Positions 7,074-16,617 of a stretch of 33,646 bases of DNA are shown piece after piece; position 1 is the first letter of the stretch, and each line of letters starts with the position of its first letter. The position numbers and the translations under genes were made by a program. The DNA comes from a virus (taxonomy: Duplodnaviria > Caudoviricetes): the IMG/VR virus record IMGVR_UViG_3300031839_001335, positions 1-33,646 of that record; one strand, given 5' to 3'. The notes under the pieces were generated by a model. It saw only the letters and a program-made list of their open reading frames with translations. It did no database searches and was not told the origin of the DNA.

Positions 7074-7520
7074 TTAAACCTTACTCAATGTCGCAATGCC
7101 TGAAGCATTCCAAGTGATCTGTAAAGTGATTGCGGTCATATCAATCGGGCCACCTAGATCAACGTAAGCCACAGCCGGGTCACCTGCTTGCGTGTCGTTA
7201 TAGATCAGCCCCCAGTAGGCGTCGGTGTCGTTTGAACCATCAGCCGCCCATGATGGGTTAGTGCCTGAGTCAAACGTCCCTGTGCCGGATGTTTGCGACC
7301 AGCAATTTGCCCAAGTGCCAATAGATGTGCCGCCTGCTGTATAAGTGCCAGCCGTGCCAACTTCGGTGTAGTCACCCAAAGCTGGCGTGGCGTCGCTTGC
7401 TGTGGGCGCTGTGGTGTTGTCGAGAACTGCCACTTTAATGTCATCGGTGCCCGCCCATCCTGCAAAGTAATCGCCGAGGGACATTGCCTCGTCAAACCAT
7501 ACGATGTCGCCTTGTGCCAT
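7074..7520 (-). CDS. Conserved phage structural/tail-associated protein
   Basis: DDIKVAVL...EV...GTYTAGG...WNASGI pattern. AGGAG RBS. Confidence 0.7.
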   Translation of the reverse strand: MAQGDIVWFDEAMSLGDYFAGWAGTDDIKVAVLDNTTAPTASDATPALGDYTEVGTAGTYTAGGTSIGTWANCWSQTSGTGTFDSGTNPSWAADGSNDTDAYWGLIYNDTQAGDPAVAYVDLGGPIDMTAITLQITWNASGIATLSKV

Positions 7521-7537
7521 TGTTATTTTCTCCTGAG

Positions 7538-8284
7538 TTAATAGCCGATGGCCATCCAGTGGTAAGTACCGGATATGCCGCGCTGTGGGTAAATGGTGAA
7601 TTGGGAAAGTGATTTGATAATTGCCGGGCAGCCGCCCCAGTTGGATGCGTTGCCTGGAAAGCCTTGTGTGGCCTCATTAGCCACCACACTGAAAAAAGTG
7701 GTCGTGAATGCTTTAGGCAACGTAATATCTGTACCGGTAGAACTTGACGACGCCAATGTGCCGGTCTTACCCCATTGTATAATTAAGCCGCCGGGTAACT
7801 CTTGGTAGCCGTTCGTAGAAAGCGATTGATTAGCGCCGGTAAAATCAGACTCAAGCAATGGCGCGGTTTGACCCTCAAGCGATGTAATACGAGACTCATA
7901 ATCCGCAGACTCGGTTTGCAACGTGTCGATTTCACTCTCTGCCGTGGTTAGTCGCCCATCTATGGATGTGACCGATGTATTCAGGCTTGAAACCGATGTG
8001 GTCAGGCTGGACAGGTCTGAGACGATAAACGGGTCAATGGTGTATCGCACCACGTCATTTGAATCAGTGACCGTAATCTTGATGTCGCCCACTGTTTCGT
8101 TTACATAAATCGGATCAAAGCGCCCTGTTGCATCTGCAACAACGGGTGTAGAATGGGCTGTGGTAAGATCATCGTCTTGATACACGGTAACGGGCGTGGA
8201 AGTGCCTGTTTCGTAGGCGTAGAGCTTGTCTCCTGCCTCATAGGTTTCGCCAATCAGAGGCGGGAAGATTAAAACTGCTGCCAT
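7538..8284 (-). CDS. Short tail fibre (N-terminal attachment domain, coiled coil, gp53-like C-terminal domain)
   Basis: LYAYETGTSTP..VYQD...PVVADATGRF at the N-terminus. NGYQELPGGLIIQWG...WMAIGY at the C-terminus. Confidence 0.85.
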   Translation of the reverse strand: MAAVLIFPPLIGETYEAGDKLYAYETGTSTPVTVYQDDDLTTAHSTPVVADATGRFDPIYVNETVGDIKITVTDSNDVVRYTIDPFIVSDLSSLTTSVSSLNTSVTSIDGRLTTAESEIDTLQTESADYESRITSLEGQTAPLLESDFTGANQSLSTNGYQELPGGLIIQWGKTGTLASSSSTGTDITLPKAFTTTFFSVVANEATQGFPGNASNWGGCPAIIKSLSQFTIYPQRGISGTYHWMAIGY

Positions 8285-8328
8285 AATTCTCTCCGGTCAA
8301 TATAAAACCCCACATAAGCGAGGCTTTC

Positions 8329-8556
8329 ATGAAAACTTGGTTTCTTTTGTTCACCCCTATCGGAATGCTCGGCCTTGTGTTCCTGGTCGATCTCGATAAG
8401 GCATTTGTGATTTTTATCTCTGCCGTTGCTGGCGGCTTGTCTGGTTTCTATCTCGGCCTATCATTCGCGCTTGAGCGAATGTACTACCATGAACATGGCG
8501 AATACCCCGCTAGTATCATGGTGGACAAAGCGATTGAAAAACTACTTGGTAAGTAA
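8329..8556 (+). CDS. Small two-TM membrane protein antisense to the late operon
   Basis: GAGG RBS and two hydrophobic helices. Fills the gap between the ejection and fibre genes. Confidence 0.6.
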   Translation: MKTWFLLFTPIGMLGLVFLVDLDKAFVIFISAVAGGLSGFYLGLSFALERMYYHEHGEYPASIMVDKAIEKLLGK

Positions 8557-10359
8557 CTCCATCAACGCATCTAAGGCTTTTTCAGGTGTGTATTTCTCGG
8601 CCATTCGTCTTGCCCTGCGTGACTTCAACACGCCGCCAGCCATCTCTGCTGCTGCCGTTGGGTCGCCACTAGCCAACCGTACTTTCTGCATGGCATTACC
8701 ACTAGCTTTCTCAATATCGCCCTGAAAGGTGTTAAACAGTTTTTGTGGCACTACGGAACGTAGCGCAGATTCAACTGAGACTAATTCCATGATGTTGTCA
8801 TCCAATCTGTTGCCATACTGCTGAATAATGCGCTCCGCATTCTCGATGGCGTCCATCTGATTGGTGCCAGCCGCATAATTGCTAAGTAGCTTTCTGGACT
8901 GGATGCCAAGCTGTTTATTGGCTGAATCGCCAAACATATTGACTTTGCCGCCCCATGCGTCTTGCAGCATTTCAAGCGCTTGCCGATGATCTGAATATTG
9001 CGTGTTGACCTGCCGATATTCATCGGACGCATCGCGCAAAACCTCATTCAAGTTATGGCGTAACCGCTTAACCGCGCCAAGAACCTCACCTTTTAGCCCC
9101 TTTTCCTGCCCTTTGCCGTAGACCACCATATTGTCGATCAATCGCTTGACACGATGGATGTCATAAGCGCTTTGGGGCGCATCTCGGCCAGCCAACTTGC
9201 CTACAATCAGCTTCAGCGTTCTTTCTGCGTCATCAGCACCCTCAATCATAGAGCCGCGCAGATCAATCGACACGCCGCCTTGATTGGAATAACCAACATC
9301 AAGGTCTCTCAGGTCATCAATGAATCGCTGCATCGGGCCTGAGTGGTCTACCTCCACATCTTTCAGACGCTTGGCAACGTTATCAAGCTGGCCTGCCGCG
9401 TCATCCATCTTGGTTTTAAGTAGATCAACACGCTTCGCCAGTGAATCACCGATCACTTGATTGATGCGGTTATGGATCGCATAGCGGTTATCTTTAACAG
9501 ACGCTTTCGCCACGTTGACCATTTGCCGCATTTTGGCTCGGTCACCCTTGGAGGCTGTCTTGATTTGCTGGATTAGCCCATCATCAAAGCCTTGCTCAAT
9601 GGCCTTTTGTGCAGCCTTGTCGTTTTTAATGCCGCCGAGTTTGAATTTAGCCAACTCGTATGGCGCTAGGTCTTTGTCGCCGCTGCCAGTCTTAATTCTG
9701 GACGCTATGGCTCTCTCAGACAGTGTGCGGCCTATCTTGTCTGCGACCATGCCAATAGGCGCACCGAATGCCGCACCAGTCGCAGCGCCTTTAACCGCTT
9801 CCGCTGAAACATCTTGCTCGGCCTTGCCTGCACCGTACAAGCCGCCCTCAACAGCACCCGTGGTCGCGCCTACCGTTGCCGCCTTGGTCTTGGGAAGATT
9901 GCGAAGTTTGCCGATATTGCCGACACGCCCCGCTGCATTCGCTATTGTGCCGCCTGTTGCCAAACCACCCACAATCTCAGCGCCCAATGCTGTTTTGGGG
10001 TTTCTTTGTGCGTACGCCTTATCGTCCGCGCGAATCTGATCCCGAATGCCGGTGTAGATTTCACCGAATGATTTATCTGGATGGTCGCCAGACAGCTTTC
10101 CGTAAGCTGCCCCACCAGCCGCCGCCAATTCATCTGCAAACCCGAAAGTAGCACCCTGCCCTAATGGATTCAGGATTGAGCCGCCGTCGCTTTGTGGCTG
10201 CGGAGCCTTCTCGACAGGCTTCGTCACACTGATAAACTTGCTATCGAACTCCTGCCGATCCATATCCGAATAATGCTTGTTATACAACGAATCAGCCAAC
10301 GCCTGATCGCTCAAGTCATTGTACTGCGGATATTGTTGTCGAAATTCTTGGATATTCAT
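8542..10359 (-). CDS. Large DNA ejection/injection protein (P22 gp16-like position)
   Basis: FRQQYPQYNDLSD N-terminus, GQGATFGFADEL motif, and G/A-rich membrane-seeking segments. Confidence 0.75.
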   Translation of the reverse strand: MNIQEFRQQYPQYNDLSDQALADSLYNKHYSDMDRQEFDSKFISVTKPVEKAPQPQSDGGSILNPLGQGATFGFADELAAAGGAAYGKLSGDHPDKSFGEIYTGIRDQIRADDKAYAQRNPKTALGAEIVGGLATGGTIANAAGRVGNIGKLRNLPKTKAATVGATTGAVEGGLYGAGKAEQDVSAEAVKGAATGAAFGAPIGMVADKIGRTLSERAIASRIKTGSGDKDLAPYELAKFKLGGIKNDKAAQKAIEQGFDDGLIQQIKTASKGDRAKMRQMVNVAKASVKDNRYAIHNRINQVIGDSLAKRVDLLKTKMDDAAGQLDNVAKRLKDVEVDHSGPMQRFIDDLRDLDVGYSNQGGVSIDLRGSMIEGADDAERTLKLIVGKLAGRDAPQSAYDIHRVKRLIDNMVVYGKGQEKGLKGEVLGAVKRLRHNLNEVLRDASDEYRQVNTQYSDHRQALEMLQDAWGGKVNMFGDSANKQLGIQSRKLLSNYAAGTNQMDAIENAERIIQQYGNRLDDNIMELVSVESALRSVVPQKLFNTFQGDIEKASGNAMQKVRLASGDPTAAAEMAGGVLKSRRARRMAEKYTPEKALDALMELLTK

Positions 10360-11444
10360 TATCTAAGACCTAGCGGGTCTGGCGCGTTAGGGTTGATGCC
10401 TGGTGTGCCGCCATAAAGCTGCGACAATTCGGAAGCCTTCCTAGGATCACCGCCCAGTTTGGCCCGGACAATGGCATCCACCACCGCGAGCTGTTGCCAC
10501 CTTGCTTCTGGCAGTGTGGTTCTGGTTGGCACCATTCGCATCAACAATTCTTGATCCTTATCGGTGAATACGCCTTCGCCAGATGCGCGGAATAGCTGCT
10601 TCAAAACCGGAGCCATCGCCGCCACAGCACCGTCTGCCATTTGCTGTCCAGCCGTCAGAGCAGGAAGCCTGCCCATAATTGGCCCGGTATCTGTCGAGCC
10701 AAGTGACTGCATAAGGCCGCCCATTGCGGTTTCGTAGACATTCAACGCTTTTTGGTTTTCGACCATTTTGGCGTTGCGGCCTGCTTGATTCTTTGCTTCT
10801 TCTTGCGCCGTTGTCACAGCCGCAGCATGACCTGCTGTGCTTTGTGGTGGCACGTTTTTAGGCGTCGATGTGACAGGGCGGCCAGTCAGCGGATCATTCA
10901 TCAAAACACGGTCGCCTTGATCGGATCTAACCAAAGGTCTTGCAGGCGAAACGCCATCGGGTAGGTTTATGCGCTCTGCGCCCCCGGCTGAATTCAACTG
11001 ATAAGCACTGATATTGCCATCAGCGTCCTTACCATAAAAAGCCGTCAGGCCATATTTAGGGTCGCCACCACTCGCCTTACCAACAGCCCCGCGCAGCCTG
11101 TAGCCTAGATTGTCAGACCACACCGAATCAGCGTTGCTAATGTCTGCGCCCATTCTGCGGGATTGCTCAAGAAAACCTGAGTACATGGCTTGCCGTTGCT
11201 CTTGTGGAGCCTGCTCGACCGCATCAAGAAAGTTGCGCGTTAGCTCCATCTCTCGCTGATATTGATCGGCCTGCTGTTGTTGTTTTTGACGCCCATCCTC
11301 TTTGCGTCGCTGCTCTGCCAACACGTTCAACTGGTTCTCATAGCGCCTGCGGTTTTCGTTCTGAACCAGTGCGTTGCTAACCGTGTTTTGGATGTTCCTG
11401 CCAACATTAACGCCGAAGTTGGCTATGGCGTTTTCGATGCCCAT
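10359..11444 (-). CDS. DNA ejection protein (P22 gp20-like position)
   Basis: Q-rich N-terminus, GEGVFTDKD motif, and synteny. Confidence 0.7.
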   Translation of the reverse strand: MGIENAIANFGVNVGRNIQNTVSNALVQNENRRRYENQLNVLAEQRRKEDGRQKQQQQADQYQREMELTRNFLDAVEQAPQEQRQAMYSGFLEQSRRMGADISNADSVWSDNLGYRLRGAVGKASGGDPKYGLTAFYGKDADGNISAYQLNSAGGAERINLPDGVSPARPLVRSDQGDRVLMNDPLTGRPVTSTPKNVPPQSTAGHAAAVTTAQEEAKNQAGRNAKMVENQKALNVYETAMGGLMQSLGSTDTGPIMGRLPALTAGQQMADGAVAAMAPVLKQLFRASGEGVFTDKDQELLMRMVPTRTTLPEARWQQLAVVDAIVRAKLGGDPRKASELSQLYGGTPGINPNAPDPLGLR

Positions 11445-12001
11445 TAGAATTTACTCAGCCCAAAACCCAACAGCGAGTTACCGATTCCAGCCTTAATGCC
11501 GCCTTTTGCAAGGTAACCGGATGCTTTAGCCCCGCCGATGCCTGCCTCAGCCGCACCAACTTGATTAGCCGTGTTGGTCAGGATATTGGCTTGGTCGCCT
11601 GCAATGCCTCGACCGTAGTTAGCAAGGTTCATATTGCGGTTAAACCAGTTATTGTAACCTTGATCGGCCATGCCCTGGCCATATTTGGTCAAGCCTTTGA
11701 GCTGTGCGCCGGACAAATTCAAACCTCTAGCCGCGCCGGATGAGTCGACTGCGCGTTGGCCTTCGTTAAAGGCGAACTGATAGCCAGGATCAGCGCGGAA
11801 GATGTCGAAATTGCCTGAAGCGTAAGTATTAGCGATGGCGTTTGCGCCAAGCGATCCAAGATTTTGATAAGGCGTATAATTGGCCAGTGCTTGAGACTCC
11901 GCTTCGCGATATGCCTTGATTGCGTTTTGGTAGCCTTGCACCTGCGCGTCAGCAGCATCGCTCGCGTCACCACCACCAAAGGCGCTTGATAAAAATCCCA
12001 T
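11444..12001 (-). CDS. DNA transfer/ejection protein (P22 gp7-like)
   Basis: PYQNLG...DPGYQF...G..AV...AARG..LSGA.LK.L..YGQG.A motifs. Confidence 0.85.
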   Translation of the reverse strand: MGFLSSAFGGGDASDAADAQVQGYQNAIKAYREAESQALANYTPYQNLGSLGANAIANTYASGNFDIFRADPGYQFAFNEGQRAVDSSGAARGLNLSGAQLKGLTKYGQGMADQGYNNWFNRNMNLANYGRGIAGDQANILTNTANQVGAAEAGIGGAKASGYLAKGGIKAGIGNSLLGFGLSKF

Positions 12002-12003
12002 AA

Positions 12004-12339
12004 TTAACTCCTTTCCGTTCCTGAGTGCATAGATAAATTAATAGCGCTTGAGGCATCCGCTACGGCTGAAATGTAGCCAGACGCACCTAAGCGCCGAACG
12101 AGTACCGAAATGCTGTCATACGCAGGCACAGAGCGCTCATAGGCCACTGCTGTTGTCACACTCGATACATTGCCAGAATCAACCGCATGAATGGTCACTT
12201 TGCGGGTTGCGCCTGTGTAGTTGGTTACAATTAAATGTAGATTATCGGCCACCGTGCCGGATGTAGATGGTGCGGTGTAAAACTTCTGCTCTGACGTGGT
12301 TAAATCTATCGGACTTGGTGTTGGGAATGCAACGCTCAT
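12004..12339 (-). CDS. Hypothetical virion protein
   Basis: Coupled ORF in the tail module. Confidence 0.7.
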   Translation of the reverse strand: MSVAFPTPSPIDLTTSEQKFYTAPSTSGTVADNLHLIVTNYTGATRKVTIHAVDSGNVSSVTTAVAYERSVPAYDSISVLVRRLGASGYISAVADASSAINLSMHSGTERS

Positions 12340-12599
12340 AACAATGCCTCTAGTTGTTCAATGCGGCGCTTTAATCGGTCATTTTCAGCCATCAGATACA
12401 GCGCCATATCAGTCAGTCCAATGGTTGATTCAGCGGTTGCGGTGTTACCCGCTAAAGTGGTGTTGATCTGAACCAGATTCTGCGTCGGTGATGCTGATCC
12501 ACCTGCGCGGTCAAACTGGTTACGAAAATACTCGATCAGCACATTCGGGAACCCAAGTTGCTGCATCACATCGCGCGGAAAATAACTCGCATCAGCCAT
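12336..12599 (-). CDS. Hypothetical virion protein (coiled-coil C-terminus, gp26-like position)
   Basis: Coupled ORF directly after the gp10-like gene. Confidence 0.65.
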   Translation of the reverse strand: MADASYFPRDVMQQLGFPNVLIEYFRNQFDRAGGSASPTQNLVQINTTLAGNTATAESTIGLTDMALYLMAENDRLKRRIEQLEALL

Positions 12600-14976
12600 C
12601 GACCGTGATCCTTGCCGTTGCGTCTATAAAAACACGCTTGACCGGCGCCGATATGGTTAGCCTTGGCGTAAATGATCGGTGCTGTCCAAGCCTGCGCCAA
12701 ATCAATCGGTCGCAATGCTCGCCCTCTTTGCCCAGTGACCGCATGGCCTGAGTGATGTCTGGCTCTCTTGCGCCGCAGCCTAATACGTCCAGCATCACAT
12801 AAGGTTCATCGGTGTAATCTATCTGATTGTTAGACACCTCCAGCAATTCACTGGCATCAAGCCTTGCCATACGCTCTTGGTTTGATCCAGCAATAAAAAC
12901 ACCATCGCCATAAACCAAAGCGCCAATTTCTTCCGTTGAAGATGGGAAACTTGTGTCGCTCACAAGCTGCCATGTCGCGCCGTCATCCTCACTGAAGCCT
13001 ATGGTGTTGTTATAACCAACCACTATCCACATATTGAGGCCAGTGCCAACTTCTGTCAGCCTTTCTGTGCCAAAAGGATTTGATATAGATGCCCAAGTCA
13101 CAGCGTTGTCAGTCGAGCGCAAAATCAAACCATTGTAACCAACAGCCACCCATGTACCATTAAGATGCTGAATCGATTGCACATTGGTTGACCCTGCCAG
13201 TGTTTCCGCAGCGGTCAGAGCAGACCAAGTGATCCCATCATCGGTTGATACTCTAACAGTTCCGGAGTTGCCAACATTTACCCACTTGCCGCCGCCATAA
13301 TAGACCCATGTAAGCGCCTCTGATGTGCCCGTGGTGACTGTTGACCATGAGCCGCCGCCATCTGTGGATCGAATCATGTGCCCGTTTGGGCCGTGCAAAA
13401 GCCAAGTGCCGGAATCGTTGCTCTCGCCACCCACATAGCGGGTTGAGCCAACAACAGAAACCGTCCATGTTAGGCCGTCGTCGTCAGATATACCAACTTT
13501 GTTGCCCTCGCCAGAAATGCACCACTTCTTATACAGCGGATCATAAAACGCATCATAAATGCCAGATGATCCGAAGCCGGGGTCGATCGCTGTCCATGTT
13601 TGACCCTGATCGGTGCTGCGTAGCAGAATTGATGACGTTAAGGACACGCCGCCAGTTACTATAAGAACGCCATTGCCGTATCCACCTTCACGTAGTTGAT
13701 CCGTAGTAGTCAAAGCTACTTGTTCCCAGTTACCTAGCTCAAAGCCGTCAGTAAATGTGTTGTTGCTGTAATAACCGGGGACACCTGTTTCTGCAATCAA
13801 TTCGATCTCATGGACGCGAAAACGCTGGTTTAATTGCGTAATTGGCGGGAATTGCACCTCTGAAATGATTTCGTCCCCGTTCTCGTCGTAGACATCCTGC
13901 TTCTGCTCATACAGTCGCCCACGCCCTGTATCAGCGCATAAAATCTTGTTAAATGCTTGAACGTGAAAAGACGCCCTAGATGTATCTGACTTCTCTGATT
14001 TTCGCTTGTGCCAAACACCCGTGGCCGCATCAAAAACCCAAGTAAACAAGCCAGGAACCGTCAACACATAAAATTCGTGCCCCTCTTCGATATAAGAGGA
14101 CGCAACCGCCCCGTCATAGGCTGCACTGTCATCATGCCGCCATGCACCTTTGGCGATTTCGTACTCGACCGCATGAGTGGATATGCGCTCGGCGTTATAC
14201 CCGCCTTGGCCGCCAATCCTTCGCACAATGCCAGAATCATCCAAAAACACGACTGAATTGTCCAGATTGGCAACCGACCACCTTGCACCTAAGCCTCGAT
14301 TGATTACCGAGCCTTTGTAGGGCGCAACAATCTCTGTTCCGCCGGTTAAAAACCAAGATTCAATGGTGTCATCACCAAATAACAGCAGTCGGTCATGGTC
14401 ACGCCATACCGCTACAAGGTTATCAGGCGCGTTCTCAGCCGTTGCGAAGTCTAAGGCATCGTATGTGGTGCCTTCGTAGATTTCAGACCAGAAAAGCTGC
14501 CCAGATGAGCCTGATTGATTGTTGTTAAAAAAGAAATAACCACCCAAAAAAGCCACTGTGTCGGCGTTTGGAAAATCCGAATCGGTTACAGGCGTTAGCG
14601 TGTCGGATGCCAGCGTCACAATGTAGGTGATCGCCTCCGTGGTGATGACAAGTTGTACCCCGTTGTCAGCCATCGACACACGACCATAGCCGCCAATATT
14701 GCCGATTAGCGTCGCTGCGCCTGTCTTGCGTACCTTGTACAGTTTTAGCCCGCAGACCACCCAAAGCGTCCCGTTGACCGGAACCCAATGCATCCCACGA
14801 ATCAAAGCCGTGTCGATCTCGCTGAATAACAGCAGGCCGGGGCATCCGATCAGCGCAACAGGGCTTCTAGCCCCATCTGGTGCCTTCTCAACGTACATGT
14901 TGACCAGCGTTTCAGCAGTGAGCGCAACAGATCGCCCCTTGGCGTTCTTGGTAGCGGTGGGTATACGTTGGCGCAT
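12592..14976 (-). CDS. P22 gp10-like tail hub / DNA stabilisation protein with an inserted BNR (Asp-box) propeller
   Basis: N.Y.E...L..CPGL, VSMADNG.Q, ALDFATAE..PD, RIST.A.E, Y..EGHEFY.L and WRRLG motifs. Repeated S.D.G.TW Asp-boxes at about aa 405-720. Confidence 0.88.
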   Translation of the reverse strand: MRQRIPTATKNAKGRSVALTAETLVNMYVEKAPDGARSPVALIGCPGLLLFSEIDTALIRGMHWVPVNGTLWVVCGLKLYKVRKTGAATLIGNIGGYGRVSMADNGVQLVITTEAITYIVTLASDTLTPVTDSDFPNADTVAFLGGYFFFNNNQSGSSGQLFWSEIYEGTTYDALDFATAENAPDNLVAVWRDHDRLLLFGDDTIESWFLTGGTEIVAPYKGSVINRGLGARWSVANLDNSVVFLDDSGIVRRIGGQGGYNAERISTHAVEYEIAKGAWRHDDSAAYDGAVASSYIEEGHEFYVLTVPGLFTWVFDAATGVWHKRKSEKSDTSRASFHVQAFNKILCADTGRGRLYEQKQDVYDENGDEIISEVQFPPITQLNQRFRVHEIELIAETGVPGYYSNNTFTDGFELGNWEQVALTTTDQLREGGYGNGVLIVTGGVSLTSSILLRSTDQGQTWTAIDPGFGSSGIYDAFYDPLYKKWCISGEGNKVGISDDDGLTWTVSVVGSTRYVGGESNDSGTWLLHGPNGHMIRSTDGGGSWSTVTTGTSEALTWVYYGGGKWVNVGNSGTVRVSTDDGITWSALTAAETLAGSTNVQSIQHLNGTWVAVGYNGLILRSTDNAVTWASISNPFGTERLTEVGTGLNMWIVVGYNNTIGFSEDDGATWQLVSDTSFPSSTEEIGALVYGDGVFIAGSNQERMARLDASELLEVSNNQIDYTDEPYVMLDVLGCGAREPDITQAMRSLGKEGEHCDRLIWRRLGQHRSFTPRLTISAPVKRVFIDATARITVDG

Positions 14977-15338
14977 TAATAAGACTCTGCGTAGATGTTT
15001 AGATCGAAGTCGCGTTTGCCGTACATTGAAAGCAAGTGGTCAAAGGCATCTTCAGACTTCGCGATGGTGTCCATTTCCAGACTTATGTCGTACTGACGCG
15101 ACATATAAACCGCCAGATTCAACACTATCGGCAGAATATGGTCGTCAGGGTATGGCAACGTGTCGGATAACGCCAAGTCTGCGTGACTCAGCGGAATACC
15201 TTTAATCTGCCAATACTTGAGCAATTGATTAAGCAGGCGCAGAGCGTCTTGCGCTTCAGCAGCGTCTGGCTCTTCCTGCGTTTGCAAGATGCCCAACTCC
15301 AACATGGCGTCTTTAATTAGTCGAAGTGCTGTTGTCAC
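14976..15338 (-). CDS. P22 gp4-like head-tail adaptor
   Basis: LI..A..ELG......EP.A.E..DAL..LN.L...W and NLAV motifs, plus synteny. Confidence 0.82.
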   Translation of the reverse strand: MTTALRLIKDAMLELGILQTQEEPDAAEAQDALRLLNQLLKYWQIKGIPLSHADLALSDTLPYPDDHILPIVLNLAVYMSRQYDISLEMDTIAKSEDAFDHLLSMYGKRDFDLNIYAESY

Positions 15339-15489
15339 TGGTTTTTCTCGCCTTGATTACCTTCAGTTTGGCCGTTTGGTGCTGCTCGTACCATTCCGGC
15401 TCGACTTCGGTGTGTTTGCCTTTGGTAAAAACCACGCCCCGATAACTGACGTGGTTTCCTCTGTAGTTTCCTGCGTATTTGACTTTCAT
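15313..15489 (-). CDS. Small hypothetical protein downstream of the capsid gene
   Basis: Likely start MKVKYAG. Fills the gap between the capsid and gp4-like genes. Confidence 0.55.
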   Translation of the reverse strand: MKVKYAGNYRGNHVSYRGVVFTKGKHTEVEPEWYEQHQTAKLKVIKARKTSDNSTSTN

Positions 15490-15499
15490 AGGGATAAGA

Positions 15500-15521
15500 A
15501 GGTGGGGCCGAAACCCCACCT
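15500..15521 (-). terminator. Hairpin after the capsid gene (weak terminator or mRNA stabiliser)
   Basis: AGGTGGGG-CCGAAA-CCCCACCT with an 8-bp perfect stem. Confidence 0.55.
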
Positions 15522-15528
15522 ATTTATC

Positions 15529-16608
15529 TTAAGCGTCAGCCGCTGCGCCGAAGTATCCTGTAACAACGCCGTGATCTTTCAGATCGTCAGTGTCGCTAGA
15601 GCCTGAGCCAAAGGTGATCTTCGCAATGCCTCGGATTTCTTCGATGGCGCAACCTACTTTGTCGCCATAGTCGAATTCTTCAGTCTTGGAAGTGGTCATC
15701 TTAGCCCATCCGATGCCAACAGCCTGTGCGCCGCACAAGTAAGCCGGTGAAACAGCCGCAGACGTATTACCAACGCCGCCCAGAGAGGCAATATCAGGGA
15801 TTTCCTTGATAATCACGCCGTCATAAACCAGATCGCCTCCGGTAAACAGCGGGTTATTGCTACCACGGCTCCATGCTTCGCGATTAGCCTGTGCGATAAC
15901 GCTATCAGCTTTTAGATCACGGAAACAGCGAGAGTCAGTGTAAAGCACATACCAACGCTCATCTTCCGTAGTGCGGATCGGACGTATTTTCGGACTGGCC
16001 GTTTGCGCGATACGCTTCATCAACTGCACTTCAGCCGCGCCCAAGGTCATGGCTGCGGTCACTGTTGCTAAATCAGCAGAGTGATCCGTATAGCCGCCGT
16101 TCCCCAAAGCGTCACCAAACAACACGCGATCGGCGTTATCCACCAGCCAGATGTCTTTGTTGGCTTCTGAGACAGAGCCATAAGCCGTGCCGTTAATCAT
16201 GCCCAAAGCCGTGATGATGTCATCGCGGGTTTGTTCCATGATCCAATCTTTCAGCACTTCTTTGGCTGCGTTACGCAGAGACAATGCGGAAAACTGCTCA
16301 TCAACTTCAGCCACGCGCACAGCGTTGCGGATTTTATCTACGGTCAGCTTAAAGCTGCGTGAATCCATCGCCTCTTCATTGCCTTCCAGCGTAGAAGAGC
16401 CAGTGACGCCAGCGCCACTCAGACGATTAACTAAAGCGTAAGTGACGGAATCGCCTTTTTTCTTAGTCAGGTCTTTCTTAACCTGGATGATGTTGTTTGG
16501 GCTGGTGCCCATTTCGCGCTTAAAGCGGTTTGATTCGATATATTCCTTGAAAAACAAAGAATCCCATTGTTGGACTGTTAAGCCCGTTGCTACTGATGTA
16601 TCTGCCAT
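15529..16608 (-). CDS. Major capsid protein (N4-gp56/DUF4043-like family)
   Basis: DLTKKKGD.V...L...L.G.GVTG...LEGNEE, NPLFTG....YDGV and L.GAQA motifs. Follows the scaffold gene. Confidence 0.9.
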   Translation of the reverse strand: MADTSVATGLTVQQWDSLFFKEYIESNRFKREMGTSPNNIIQVKKDLTKKKGDSVTYALVNRLSGAGVTGSSTLEGNEEAMDSRSFKLTVDKIRNAVRVAEVDEQFSALSLRNAAKEVLKDWIMEQTRDDIITALGMINGTAYGSVSEANKDIWLVDNADRVLFGDALGNGGYTDHSADLATVTAAMTLGAAEVQLMKRIAQTASPKIRPIRTTEDERWYVLYTDSRCFRDLKADSVIAQANREAWSRGSNNPLFTGGDLVYDGVIIKEIPDIASLGGVGNTSAAVSPAYLCGAQAVGIGWAKMTTSKTEEFDYGDKVGCAIEEIRGIAKITFGSGSSDTDDLKDHGVVTGYFGAAADA

Positions 16609-16617
16609 ATCTATTTC

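Noticed and set aside
9515-10151. Overlapping plus-strand ORFs in the structural region
   Set aside because: They are antisense shadows of long G/A-rich genes. The same applies to most short opposite-strand ORFs in the track.
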